Assembly (NCBI RefSeq): GCF_006345805.1
Contig: NC_042999.1
Span: 168,454,001-168,518,000, forward strand
Origin: Octopus sinensis
Lineage: Eukaryota
Direction: 5' to 3'
Length of the DNA stretch: 64,000 nt
Translations under genes and position numbers: made by a program
Notes under the pieces: model-generated
The model's input: the letters and a program-made list of their open reading frames with translations, nothing else
Databases searched by the model: none
What the model was told of the DNA's origin: nothing
In this document: in pieces, positions 12,040 to 23,754 of the stretch
Numbering within the stretch: the stretch's first letter is position 1
Layout: every line of letters begins with the position of its first letter

Positions 12040-13400
12040 ATGCTAGCATGGGTTGGACGATTTTGACTGAGGGCTCGCGAACCAGATGGCTGCACCAGGC
12101 TCCAATCTTGATCTGGCAGAGTTTCTACAGCTGGATGCCTTTCCTAATGCCAACCACTCAGAGAGTGTAGTAGGTGCTTTTTACGTGCCACCAGCACGGG
12201 CGCCAATCAGGCGGTACTGGCAACGACCTCGCTCGAATCTTTTTACATGTGCCACTGGCTCAGGTGCCAGTGAAGCGACGTTGGTAATGATCACGCTCGA
12301 ATGGTGCCCTTTTACGTGCCACGGGCACAGAAGCCAGTTGGCTGCTCTGGCAACGATCACGCTCAGATTAGCATCCTACTAGCACATGCACAAGTGCCAG
12401 TAAGGCAGCGCTAGTAACGATCATACTCGAATGGTGCCCTTTTATGTGCCACTGGCACGGAAGCCGGTTAGCCACTCTGTCAATGATCACACTTGCATGG
12501 TGCTCTTTGCACCCCGCTAGAACGGATGCCAGTCATCGAATTGATTTTGATTTTGATTTCACTTGCCTCAACAGGTCTTCGCAAACAAGAGTTTAGTGAC
12601 CAAAGAAGGAAAAGGTACGCATAAGCGGGCTGGTTACACTCCTGGAATAGGCCATGAGTTATGGTCTCATTTGTCATGCTAGGTCTTCTCACGCACAGCA
12701 TATTTCCAAAAGTCTCGATCACTAGTCATTTCCTTGGTGAGGCCTAATGTTCGAAGGTCGTGCTTCACCACTTCATCCCAGGTTTTCCTGGGTCTACCTT
12801 TCCCACAGGTTCCCTCAACCGCTAGGGTGTGGCACTTTTTCACACTGCTATCCTCATCCATTCTCGCCACATGACCATACCAGCGCAGTCGTCTCTCTTG
12901 CACATCACATCTGATGCTTCTTAGGTCCAACTTTTCTCTCAAGGTACTTACACTCTGTCAAGTATGCACATCCATCGGATCATACTGGCTTTATTCCTTG
13001 CGAGCTTACGCCTGTCCTCAGCAGTCACAGCCCATGTTTCACTGCCATGTAGCATGGCTGTTCATACACAAGCATCATACAGTCTACCTTTTACTCTGAG
13101 TGAGAGGCCCTTTGTCACCAGCAGAGGTAAGAGCTCTCTGAACTTTGCCCAAGCTGTTCTTATTCAAGCAGTTACGCTTTCACCGCACCCTCCTCCACTA
13201 CTGACTTGGTCACCTAGGTAACGGAAGCTATCAACTACTTCTAGTTCTTCTCCCAGGAATGTGGCGGAAGTTGGTCGCTGCACATTTTCAGTGTTTATCC
13301 CTCCCGAGCATCTGCCACATACAAAAACTATCTTCCCAGTTAGCCTTCCTTTGATATTACTGCACCTCTTATGTGTCCGATTCTTTGTTTCACATAATGA
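12040..13400 (-). mobile_element. 5'-truncated RTE LINE (same family as 23755-27541) with 3'UTR repeats
   Basis: ORF 12679-12942 (RRLRWYGHV...GRPRKTWDEVV...W) is nearly identical to the end of ORF 24454-26124; the 3'UTR carries GTGCCAC..GGCAC units. Confidence 0.9.
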
Positions 13401-13639
13401 TTGCCCAATAGAACAATGAGGTGGCAGGAATGATAGAGAGAAGGGCTCAATGCTTTACTGTGTTTAACATTGTTACTGCCCTACTATAGTTGATCATGTT
13501 AATGACAGTAAAACATAGGGTTGACTCAATCATTATGACCATCTTTAAATGTTTGTATGATCAACAAAATCATTATAATGATCACAAAAGAAAGAGAAAC
13601 TAAGGTAAAAATCACACACACACAAACGTACCCCACGTA

Positions 13640-13885
13640 AAAAGGATTTGTGTGGGTGCTGGTGCTATGTAAAAAGTACTGGTCACAATGTCATGTAAAA
13701 AGCACTCAGTACACTCTGTAAAGTGGTTGGTGTTAGGAAGGACATCCAACTATAGAGACCAAGCCAAAACAGATTATGGAATCTGGTGTGGCCCCTGGCT
13801 TTGTTAATTCCTATCAAGCTATCCAACCCTTGACCACATGGAAAACAGGTGTTAAATTTTGTTGATGATGATGATGATGATGATA
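13640..13885 (+). mobile_element. RTE/SINE 3' tail fragment
   Basis: GTTGGTGTTAGGAAGGACATCC...(TGA)n matches the RTE 3' terminus. Confidence 0.6.
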
Positions 13886-14779
13886 TGTATTATATTTGAA
13901 TAGTTTCTAAGTTGGTTATTAGGTCAACTGCAATATTACTCAGTAATAAACATTGATACCATCTACATTAGTTTACATATATGATCACTAAGTTCATTAA
14001 CTGAAACAAATAATTAAAATAAAATATTAAATTATTATTGATTATAAATAAACAGTTCTGTTCTTCTCTAGTTGTCTTCATATATTATAATTTTGCGTAC
14101 ATATTGCTATTATGTATACAAGCTTTTCCATTAATCTATTTCATTTTAAAGATTTAAAAACATTAAATGAAATAAGTGTTATCATGATAAATAAACAAAG
14201 TTACTCTGATGTAATTCTAAGAATAAAAGTAGTAGAATACTAGCTCAGTGGTTTTGAGTCCAAATCATCTGCAAATGTTTCACTATATTTTGGCAATACA
14301 CTTCAATCTACAGTGCCTTAGTTCATTTATCTATTGGGAATAGTTACCAGATCATGAGGAAATGTTGCTGGAATAGATTGGTGCTAGAAAACACTGGTGA
14401 GATCTTTCAATCATTAATTTTATAAAACAAAACTGGATATAAGCACTGGCCCTTAAATTCCTCTTGGAACTTGGAAAACATTTATGGTACATGTTTTTAT
14501 TAGATGGGGGAGACTTAAATTATTAGATGGAAGCCAAATCTATGTTAAGTAATGCATCTTCCAGAAAAGGTCAGTGGAACCAATATGTCCTAACATGTGT
14601 TATGGGAACGTAAACAAACCAACAGTGGTTATAAAGCAGAGGTGGGGGACAAAGACACCTCCACACACATTGATTTCTTTATAAATTCTCAGAATTAGAT
14701 GACAAAATAAGCAATGAATAATTTCTTGGATTAATCAAATTCTTAAGACTATTGATTGTTTTTGTATTTTTCTTTTCAG

Positions 14780-16548
14780 ATTTTGACATGAAACAGCATT
14801 TTCCAAATGTCCTCTTACTCTATTCTTCTGATTGTTGTGCTCATGAATACGTTGTCCAAGCTATGGCTGCTTTTTTGATGCAGATCTGCAACTGTAATGT
14901 GCACATTGATTTATTTGAAGAACATCTGATTCAGGAGAAAGGTCTTAATGACTGGCTTCTTGACAATATGCAGGAAGCTGAATATATTATTGTTCTTTGT
15001 TCTGTTGGTTCACGACTCAGATGTAAAAAAAATATGCAGTTTAAATTGCACCCTCATCGAACCATCCCGGATTATTTTGCTCTTGCAGTCGATTATGTTG
15101 CAGAAAAAATGCGTATTGAACGTTGTAAAGGTATGTCTTTGTCGAAATTTATTGTGCTGTACATGGATTACTCCGTTGAAGGAGATATACCTGCACAGCT
15201 TGACCTAGCTCAGAAATTTATGATGATGCGAGATGTGTCGAATCTTGTATGTCAACTTCATGGATTGAGTTTGGAATGTTCCAAATTTTCACCATTTTCC
15301 GGAATTACTACAAAAAACTATGATAAATCTGAAGTAGGTCAACGATTAAAAGTAGCCATTGAACAGGCTAAGCAATATTTTAAAGACAATCCATGTTGGG
15401 TTGAAGACCATCTTGAACAGGTTCCTCGGCCAGTTGGTTGTAAATTTAAATCAAAACATAATCGACACAGTTCAGGTGAACCCTTATTGCTACCGGAAAC
15501 CAAGATTGAGAAAGCTCCTACTGCTAAACAAACTGGCAGGCATGCATCATTTTCTTACTATCTTACCTCCCAAAGAGACATATTTGGAATTTTCTCAAGA
15601 GACAATGCCCCTGTTTCAAGTTTCTTTCACAGTCGCTTGAACTCACTTCCCTCTTCATTAAACAGTCACACAACGCTCACCCCATTTTCTCTTTCAACCC
15701 ACAATTCCCATAGTTATGAAAATATATCACAAACTAAAAAACTACATGACTCCAACATGTTCTTTGCAGAACCTCTTGTTTCATCATTGTACCCTCCAAC
15801 ACAACAACAAAAACAACAACAACAACAACCCCAACAACAATCAGAACAGTATCAACAACAACAACAACAACAAAAACAACAACAACAACAGCAACCAAAA
15901 CAACAGCAGCAGCCACAGCAGCCACAACAACAACAGCAACAACAGAAGAAGAAAAAGAAAAAGCAACAACCACAACAGCAACAACAACATCAAAGTCCTC
16001 AGACTGAATCTGAGGAGGGTTTTGAAGTTCAGCGAGGCAAAAGCCGATCTCTCCCTGTTGTCAGTCGAACAGCTAAATCTCTTACTGTGTTAGAAGCTGA
16101 AGTACACAAAGAATGGGATCCTGAAAGCAAACCTCATTCTGGATCACCCCCACCTGAAGGGGACTCCTCCAGCAATGAAGGAGAACTCGAATTAGATTTA
16201 TTGTCCATAAAAATTCCCGCTAACTTTCGACATGTATTCTACAGCCCACATCAGGACCCTGCAGAGTTGATTCCGTGTCTCTATAATAATAAAAACACAA
16301 ACGTTATATACCGTCCAAATCATAAAAGGGGATCATCAGGAATGGGTTCTGGTAACACAAATAGTGGAGGTTTTGTTTACCATCGAGCAAGTGAAGATAT
16401 TAGATCTCTCTGTCGACAACTTCCTACTCTAGAGCCATTGCCTCGATGTGTCAGCCTTGATGATGGATCTAGCACTTCATATGATTCAGTAATAGACCAG
16501 ATTATCAATGGGGGGCCTAATTTAATGGATGGGTCTTATCTAGGCTAG
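14780..16548 (+). CDS. IL-17 receptor-like (SEFIR-domain) gene, terminal coding exon
   Basis: TTTTCTTTTCAG| acceptor in phase 1. The translation has SEFIR boxes (VLLLYSSD...HEYVV..MAAFL, VHIDLFE...GLNDWL...AEYIIVLCS, FIVLYMDYS..DIP..L..AQKFMMM), then a long low-complexity tail, stop TAG at 16546-16548. The subtype (IL17RD-like or other) cannot be assigned by eye. Confidence 0.9.
15802..15993 (+). repeat. Coding polyglutamine tract (46 Q in 64 codons, mostly CAA) with a K6 run
   Basis: In frame within ORF 14752-16548. Confidence 0.9.
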
Positions 16549-17572
16549 AAAATATATATTTACTTATTGTCGATTTAGCAAAAAAAAAAGACAAAGCCTA
16601 ATTAACACAGCACCAATTACAAGTAATTTAGATATTTTCTTCTATATCTGATGCCATTCCTCACAGATATATTTGACATGAATTGTTTTAATTTTTTTTT
16701 TTTTATTGTATGATTCTGGTTGAAAGTGTTGAATTGCTAATTTGTTTACTGTATGTGTGTTTAAGTTTGTTTGTGGATATTTATTTCTGTAGATATATGG
16801 TTTTGTGTGTGTGTGTGCGCATGAGCATATGTATGTGAATGTGTGTGATATGTATAATGTATGTGGGTGTATCATCATCGTAATCATTTTTATATCTACC
16901 TTTTTTATACGTGCATGAGTTGAACGGGTCTTCACTTGCACAGTATCTTGCCATCTGTTGCAGTCCTTATCATTTCTTTTGAGGAGTTCAACCTCTTGTG
17001 ATCAGCTTTCACCACTTTCTCCTACCTCCTTATGTCTTTTGTAACTTTCATCTTCAGTAGATGCTTGACATTTGTTATTCAACAACTTTCTTCATCAAAT
17101 GTTTTCACAAGCACAGTGTTATCTCTTGAATGCTCATTTGTCTATCATCATTCATGCTGACTAATATTGTGTGTCCAGTGGATGTGTATATGTTATATAT
17201 ACATCCAGTGGAACATGCTTGCTTCATTATTTTGTACATCTTCCACATTTGATGCCTATGTTTCACCATCATGCATCATATGAGAACCTCCTTATTATCA
17301 GTAGAAATAATAGCAATTTTGCCTCTTCATTCTTACTCTGGCTATTATGCTTCCAGAATATATTAAACTGCTGAGGTAAAGAAAATTATTATCTACTTTT
17401 CAGAAGCTCCTACACATTTAAAATATCTTATTTAATGAGTGCTTTTACTGCTAACCATTCCTGCCCATCTGTTGCATGCAAAACCTTTGTTCCCTTTCAG
17501 CCTGCTTATGATCCATTATATCTTACACCATTTACATTTGACAGATATTTGTCTTCATCTTGTTTGTTGTTA

Positions 17573-17617
17573 ACACAACATTTTGGCTGATATACCCTCC
17601 AAGCCCTCATCAGGTGT
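17573..17617 (-). ncRNA. Decayed type I hammerhead ribozyme in the PLE 3' region
   Basis: ACAC-CTGATGA-G-GGCT...AGCC-aAAAtGTT-GTGT; two CpG-type transitions away from GAAACGTT. Helix I ACAC/GTGT, helix II GGCT/AGCC. Confidence 0.5.
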
Positions 17618-17668
17618 CTTGGATAAATTTCGAACCTGGGTTCTCATTCCTAAGGTACTTTTCAATGC

Positions 17669-17771
17669 TATTATTATTATCATTATTATTATTATTCAAG
17701 TCACTGCCTGGAATCGAACTCGGAATCTTGGGGTTAGTAGCCTGTGCTCTTAACACTACACCATATGCCCA
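17669..17771 (-). mobile_element. Short tRNA-derived SINE with (TAA)n tail
   Basis: TGGTGTAGTG (A-box-like), GAGTTCGATTCC (B box), then TAA repeats; no complete cloverleaf. Confidence 0.65.
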
Positions 17772-18819
17772 TGGGAAATTATGGAATGAATTTTAGGGCT
17801 TATAAATCTAATATTTGTCTATCCTTCCTTAATACCAGTTCCCATATGCTGCTCATATCTGCACTCAGTCTGCTTAGGAGGTTGTTGTGTCCTAGCATAT
17901 GTGCTGCTTCTTTCAGTTTCTGTATTTTCCACTGGTGTTCTCTGTCTATTATTTTAACTTCATCTCACAGGGGGAGGTGGTCTCCATTTATCCATTCATG
18001 ATCAGCTATACCCAATTTATCAATATCTCCTCATGTCACAGATTTGCAATGTTCCTCTACCCTTATTTTTTAGGGGGTGGCATGTTTCGCCTTTGTATAA
18101 CCTACCACAGCTGCATGGGATGGAGTACACGCAGTCTTTGGTCATATTCTCTTCTATTGGTGGTTTTACTCAAAGGAGATATTTGCAAAGTGTTTTATTA
18201 CTCTTGAATACTGTCCTGATGTCATATGGACCGCTTATCTTTTGTATCTTTTCAGAGAGGCCTTTCACATAGGGTAGACAGTTTATTGTTTTCATCTTCT
18301 CTTTTCTTCATAATTGGAGTGGATAGTATACTTTTGGGGTAGTTGTTGCTTAATAGATTGTTATTGAGCTTGATCATTTCTTCATGGTGGGTATCACGAT
18401 CGCTACTTATATTCTTTGCTCGATGTTTTGGGCCCTGAGCAATCCCTCTCTTTACACTGTGTGGATGGTGGGAATTGAAGATTAAGTATCGTCCAGTGAA
18501 GGTCAGCTTGCAGTATATGGATGTCTTAAATATAGGACCCATTACCTCATGTACTCCCATAGATTACATTGAGAAAACTCCCTATATACTCACTTTCTGC
18601 ATATCAAGTGGAGCCATCTCCTTGGTGACGGCAGAATCCTGTCTTCTTTCCTGCTAACTAAAAGTTTTGTTTTTGTTCAGTTTACTTTGAAGCTTTTGAT
18701 TGTTGGCTTTGGTTCTTTGGTTCTTCTTTAATTCTTCAGCAAATTCATCCAAGAGAATAAGGTCATTGGCACACAGGAACTTTCACTATTAACCAATTTT
18801 AAACAATTCTGTTATGATA

Positions 18820-19340
18820 TGGAGAGCTATAATATGCAGGAGGGGGCTGAAATGTGACCCCCTGGTGGACATCTACTGAAATACTTTGTGAAGTCATTGC
18901 TAACTCACACCTTGCTTATGGCAGTTCTGTACATGGCTTGTATTGCCCTTACAAGCCATTCATCTACATCTAGTTTTATTAGTGACCACTTAGTAACTAC
19001 GGAGCATGCTACTCTGTCAAAGATCTTCTCTTGGTCAATGAATGCTAATATTGTGGCAAATTCTGAGTTAACATTTCCTATGGTTGTCTCACTGGGAAGA
19101 GGGCATTGGTGGTGCCCCATCTTGGCACAAGCCCAAACTGCATCTCCTCTTATCTAATTCTCTTTCTAATCAGTTGTCCTATAACAGATTCTTTTATTTT
19201 CATAACTTAGTTCATAAATTTGATGCCTCTTTAGTAGCCTCTCTTTAGTGCATATTCTCTTACCTTGTAGCTTGTAGTTACTGATGATATTGCTATATCA
19301 GTCATTGGATATAAAACTACTCTGTTCTATCTGGATTGAC
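18820..19340 (-). pseudogene. Degenerate RTE reverse-transcriptase fragment
   Basis: LAFIDQEKIFDRV, LDVDEWLVRAIQAMY and VDVHQG motifs homologous to the 24454-26124 ORF. Confidence 0.8.
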
Positions 19341-20039
19341 TATGTAGGTAACTATTACATGTCCTGCTTCGTTGATATTTTCAGCATGTGACCAGCTATT
19401 CTGTCCCTACATTCTTAATGGTCATTTCTATGTGTGTACTGCTGTGCATGTATGTGTTTGTGTGTGTGTGTTTATATATATATACATACACACACACATA
19501 CACACACACACACACATATTTATTCACACAAGCAAGCACATAAATACAAAACAAGGTTGTAAAAAAATACTACTTGAGTACCATGATCACAACTATCCAA
19601 CAAATGGGAATGTGGATGTGAAACTCTGAGCATCAGTTTGTGAAGAGTTTTTCAGCATTAATAAAAGTATATAAATATTTTCTGTAAATTATAAGCTTTA
19701 AGCTTTAAGCTTATATGCAACTTACAAGGGTTAAAACATAATTATTTTTTACAGAATTTTCACTCATCACTGCTTCTTCATTTAATGCAGGATACACACA
19801 TACACCCACACATATACACATACATGCACACCATATTTGATGGCATAAAAGACACATGGGCCTATAAAATGCATCCCATTTTCAGCACTGCAAATTCAAG
19901 AAAAAGGTTTTTAGTGCATTAAAGGCATATGGCAGGCTTTACTTCCTATATCGGACCCAGGGTGATTTTTCTTTTTGATGTTGTTTGGGAAAAGTGTGCA
20001 TGATATATCCCACCAAATACATTGTGTATTTATGTACAA

Positions 20040-20210
20040 GTGCAGGTGTGGACGTGTGGTCGAGAAGTTTGTTCAAACCTTGTAGTTTTGAGTTCAATCC
20101 CACTGTGTGACACCTTGGGGCAAGTGTCTTCTACTATAGACTTGGACTGACCTAAGCCTGGTTAGTGGATTGGTAGATGGAAACCTAAAGAAGCCTGTTT
20201 TTTGTATATG
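20040..20210 (+). mobile_element. SINE family B head, degenerate
   Basis: GAGTTCAATCCCACTGTGTGACACCTTGGGGCAAGTGTCTTCT...GTAGATGGAAAC. Confidence 0.7.
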
Positions 20211-20514
20211 TAGACTCTGCAAATCACTGCAATCAACTTGTCTGGAGAGCCAATGACTCCAAATAAGAATTGGTATAGCATAGGAAGGAATGTTTAGCAA
20301 TACCTCAATCAACATATCTAATGCTTTATAGTAAAGTAAAATCCATTCAGTTTACATTGTAATACACCAGTAGCACAGCAACAAAATGGAGTGGCTGTCT
20401 GTTGTTGTGTGTACAAGATAACAAAGACTGCAGTGGGTGGCAAGATGCTGTGTGACTCATACGAGTGGCACCAGCAAGGAAAAACAGATATAAAATGATG
20501 GTGATCTATGTGTT

Positions 20515-20701
20515 TTTTGTGTGTATGTATGTGTGTTACATATAATTATCTATACACTCAAACATATATACATACATATGTATGTGTGTATCATACACCG
20601 GCTTGTTGTTTCTTCACCTGTCTTCGTTTTTTGTTTTCTGTAAATTTGAACTATATGTCTGCATACATACATACATACATACATATATATATACACACAC
20701 T

Positions 20702-20735
<34 letters not shown>

Positions 20736-21320
20736 CACATAGGTGTGCATGTATACATGTCTGATACATATTTAGATATGTATGAATGTGTATATATACA
20801 TACGTGATTATTTTCACACATATGTATGTATATACGCACATACACATGAATATGTATGTATAACATTTATTGAAAACTTGGTTCTGCATGTAAAGTGTGT
20901 AGAGTTTCCTTCTAAGACATCCATGTACACTCACTTTCAAATGCATCTCATCCCATTCTGTTGAACAGTATTGAGAATACATTTTCACTTAATTGCAATG
21001 CTCACTTGTGTCTACCCACATTCTTTATATATATTTATATGTATGTGTGTGTGGGTGTCTATATACATGCATGTATGTGTATATGTATAAATGTGCATAT
21101 GTGCGCTCACACACACTCACACACATAGATGTATACATGTCCACACGTGTGCATGTGCTCATGTGCACACACACACACACACATACACTCTCAGAGTATA
21201 CCAATAAGGCATGTGTGTGTGTCAGGATTGAAAATATATGTGCATATATTTAATTATGTTCATAAATGAATAGACTTGTGAAATTTAGAAATATATGTAT
21301 ATGTATTTATCTTTATACAC
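20515..21320. repeat. Compound (TA)/(CA)/(TG) microsatellite region
   Basis: Dinucleotide runs that give spurious Y/I/H/T/V/C ORFs. Confidence 0.85.
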
Positions 21321-22232
21321 ACATAATTTTTATCAAATTTCTATTTTTATATTATTTTTTTTAAAATTTAAACTACAAATGTAACTTCATAGAAATCCTT
21401 ATAGAAAATGATGTAAAACATGTAAATTTTGTTACAGCATTTAGTTGATTTTGTGATATTGGGGCTGTAATATTTTGTTTTTGTAGGTTGCCGTAGTTCC
21501 CTCTCATCTCCCTCTATTCTTTGAATTTCCAAAACCATTGACGTTTAAGTCTACTCAACCAAATTTTAATGCATCTTAATGTCTTGTTTTACAACTCTTA
21601 ATAGTACTTTTCATATCAATGTTAAAAGACATTTCATTTAATTTACCTGTGTTTTTTATTGTTTATTTTTCTCACTTTCAACATATCAAAAATATTCGGT
21701 GCATTTAACAAAAATATTTGTCCTTTTTTAAAGATTCTACTTTCATTTGAGAAAATAAGTGCAAAATATATTTTTATTTATTGATTCACAATGTTTTTTT
21801 TTTTTTTTTTTTTTTTTGTATGTTTTCAATGAAATTGAGATTATTGATTGATTGATCTGATTTGTTGGCCAGATATATATAAAAAAATTGAATTTGTGAA
21901 TTCTTTTTGAAAATCCAGATGACAAATAAATGAATTTGGTGCTTCTCACTAGTCTATGTAGTTTTAAAAAACTTATGGATTAATCCCACTCTGGATATTA
22001 TGATTGTCTACTTCTGGTTAATTTTCTCGTAGATGGTATACTATATCATTTCAATCAAATTTGACAAACACGAATGAAGTGCTTTACTAATGATACAGTG
22101 TAATTACTGTAACTTAGTAATGAACCAATGACCGACAAGCTATGTATCTTAGTATCTTAATCTCATGACCAATTTTCTTTCAACTTTTTTGTTACCGTAT
22201 TTCTGTTGAAATACTCTGCCTTTGTTTCAGTT

Positions 22233-22459
22233 AATTTTAGAAATAATGAAACCATTAGATTCACTTCAACATTTAAATTCAATTTGTCAAAACATTTTCT
22301 TTGCTTTGAAACTGCAACCTGTTCACTGACAAAATTTCCATGCTGCATCTCAGAATTTTGTCAGTGGACAGGTTGTGGTCTCAAAGCGCCGAAAAAATAT
22401 TTTGACAAATTAAATTTAAATATTGAAGTGAATCTAACGGTTTTTGTGTGTTTCTTAAA
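22233..22459. repeat. Older imperfect ~75-bp inverted repeat (MITE-like)
   Basis: TTAGATTCACTTCAACATTTAAATTCAATTTGTCAAAA pairs with TTTTGACAAATTAAATTTAAATATTGAAGTGAATCTAA. Confidence 0.65.
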
Positions 22460-23754
22460 TGGCTTATAAATACCTTCCATGCTGCAATTGTTTTCGTTCC
22501 AGCACACGATCTCAGATCAGGTCACTTGCTATGCAAGTACATCTCTGAAACATTTAGTAAAATAATAAGCTGGTACTTGGGACAGATTTACATGAAATTT
22601 TAATGAAATTAAAAGATTTAGATCACTTAAAAGCAAGAAGTTTGTTTTATAGAATCAGGGAATGGATCTCAAGTAGGTTGGTATTCAGTGGGTTAACTAA
22701 TACCAAAGTTTAAGATATTCTGAAATTTAGGGAAAGGTTGAAGACAGCTAAATTATCACAATTTCAGGTCTAAATAACACTGTGTAATAAATTGTTTATT
22801 CTTTTTGTTTTTGGTTATCAAGTATTATTTCCTATTTGCTTCTATCTAGAAATGACTACTATTCCCTTCAAATTTAGCTTTTGTGACCTGGACATCAATG
22901 TTTTGAAACTGACCTATTTTCCATTACATCTCAGACAGATAGAGTGCTGAGTTGCTGAAGCAGAAATATTGTTATAGCAAATATTCTGCTCAATACCACG
23001 GATTTGCTTGTCAGTTGCTTGACCTTAACAACTTGAGCATGTCTCTAAGTGGCTGTCAATATGAGCATCTCTGATCACGAGCAGAAGTAGTGCGGGAGCA
23101 TCATAGTGATGTGTTGAGGGGGATACTTTGGGGTTTGAATAACTGTAACAAATATAAAAGCAAAGTTTGAAGGAAATAATAACCGTTTTTCATACTTTCT
23201 AAGAGTAAGCAAACAGGAAATAGCAGCTTCTATCCAAGATAAAAAAATGTGTTACACTGTAATATATCAAACATGCAAGTATAAATGAAGTATATTGTTA
23301 TATTGGTAAGCCAATAGATTTCTTTTCATTTGGCTGGATTGAAAGACCACCAGTCAATGTACAAGTTTCTAATGAATTGTTTAAGATGTGTTCTCTCTTA
23401 GCCAAAGACATAAAGGAAAAGATTGTAAATAATAAAATTTGTAGAACATAATCCAATTTCTGGTCTTCTAATTGCCAAAATATACAATAGAATAAATTGA
23501 AATTTGTGCAGTTGTTCTTTTGGTTATAACTTAAGAGATTTTTCTTCTTTTTGTTACAGAAGTAGTTGGTTATTAAGAGTTTTCCTTAGAGATAGTAGAC
23601 GCCTAGCTATGTATGTGAAATACATAAACATGCATGGTGTGTATGTGTGCGATGTATACACACACATGCATGAATATGTATATATATATGCATGTGTGCA
23701 TATATACATATACATATGTATGCATGTATATATATGCATGTGTGTGTATATATA

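Larger units (their letters stand above)
17573..18600 (-). mobile_element. Penelope-like element relic (RT C-terminus, GIY-YIG, 3' pLTR remnant)
   Basis: Minus strand gives TSIYCKLTFTGRYLIFNSHHPHSVKRGI (RT C-terminal region), then DCVYSIPCSCGRLYKGET..LKIRVEEH (GIY-YIG), with in-frame stops. Confidence 0.85.

Noticed and set aside
15716-16093. Overlapping poly-N (+) and poly-V/A (-) ORFs
   Set aside because: They are alternative frames of the CAA polyQ tract.
17700-17771. Functional tRNA gene
   Set aside because: There is no complete acceptor or anticodon stem and it has a (TAA)n tail; it is a tRNA-derived SINE.
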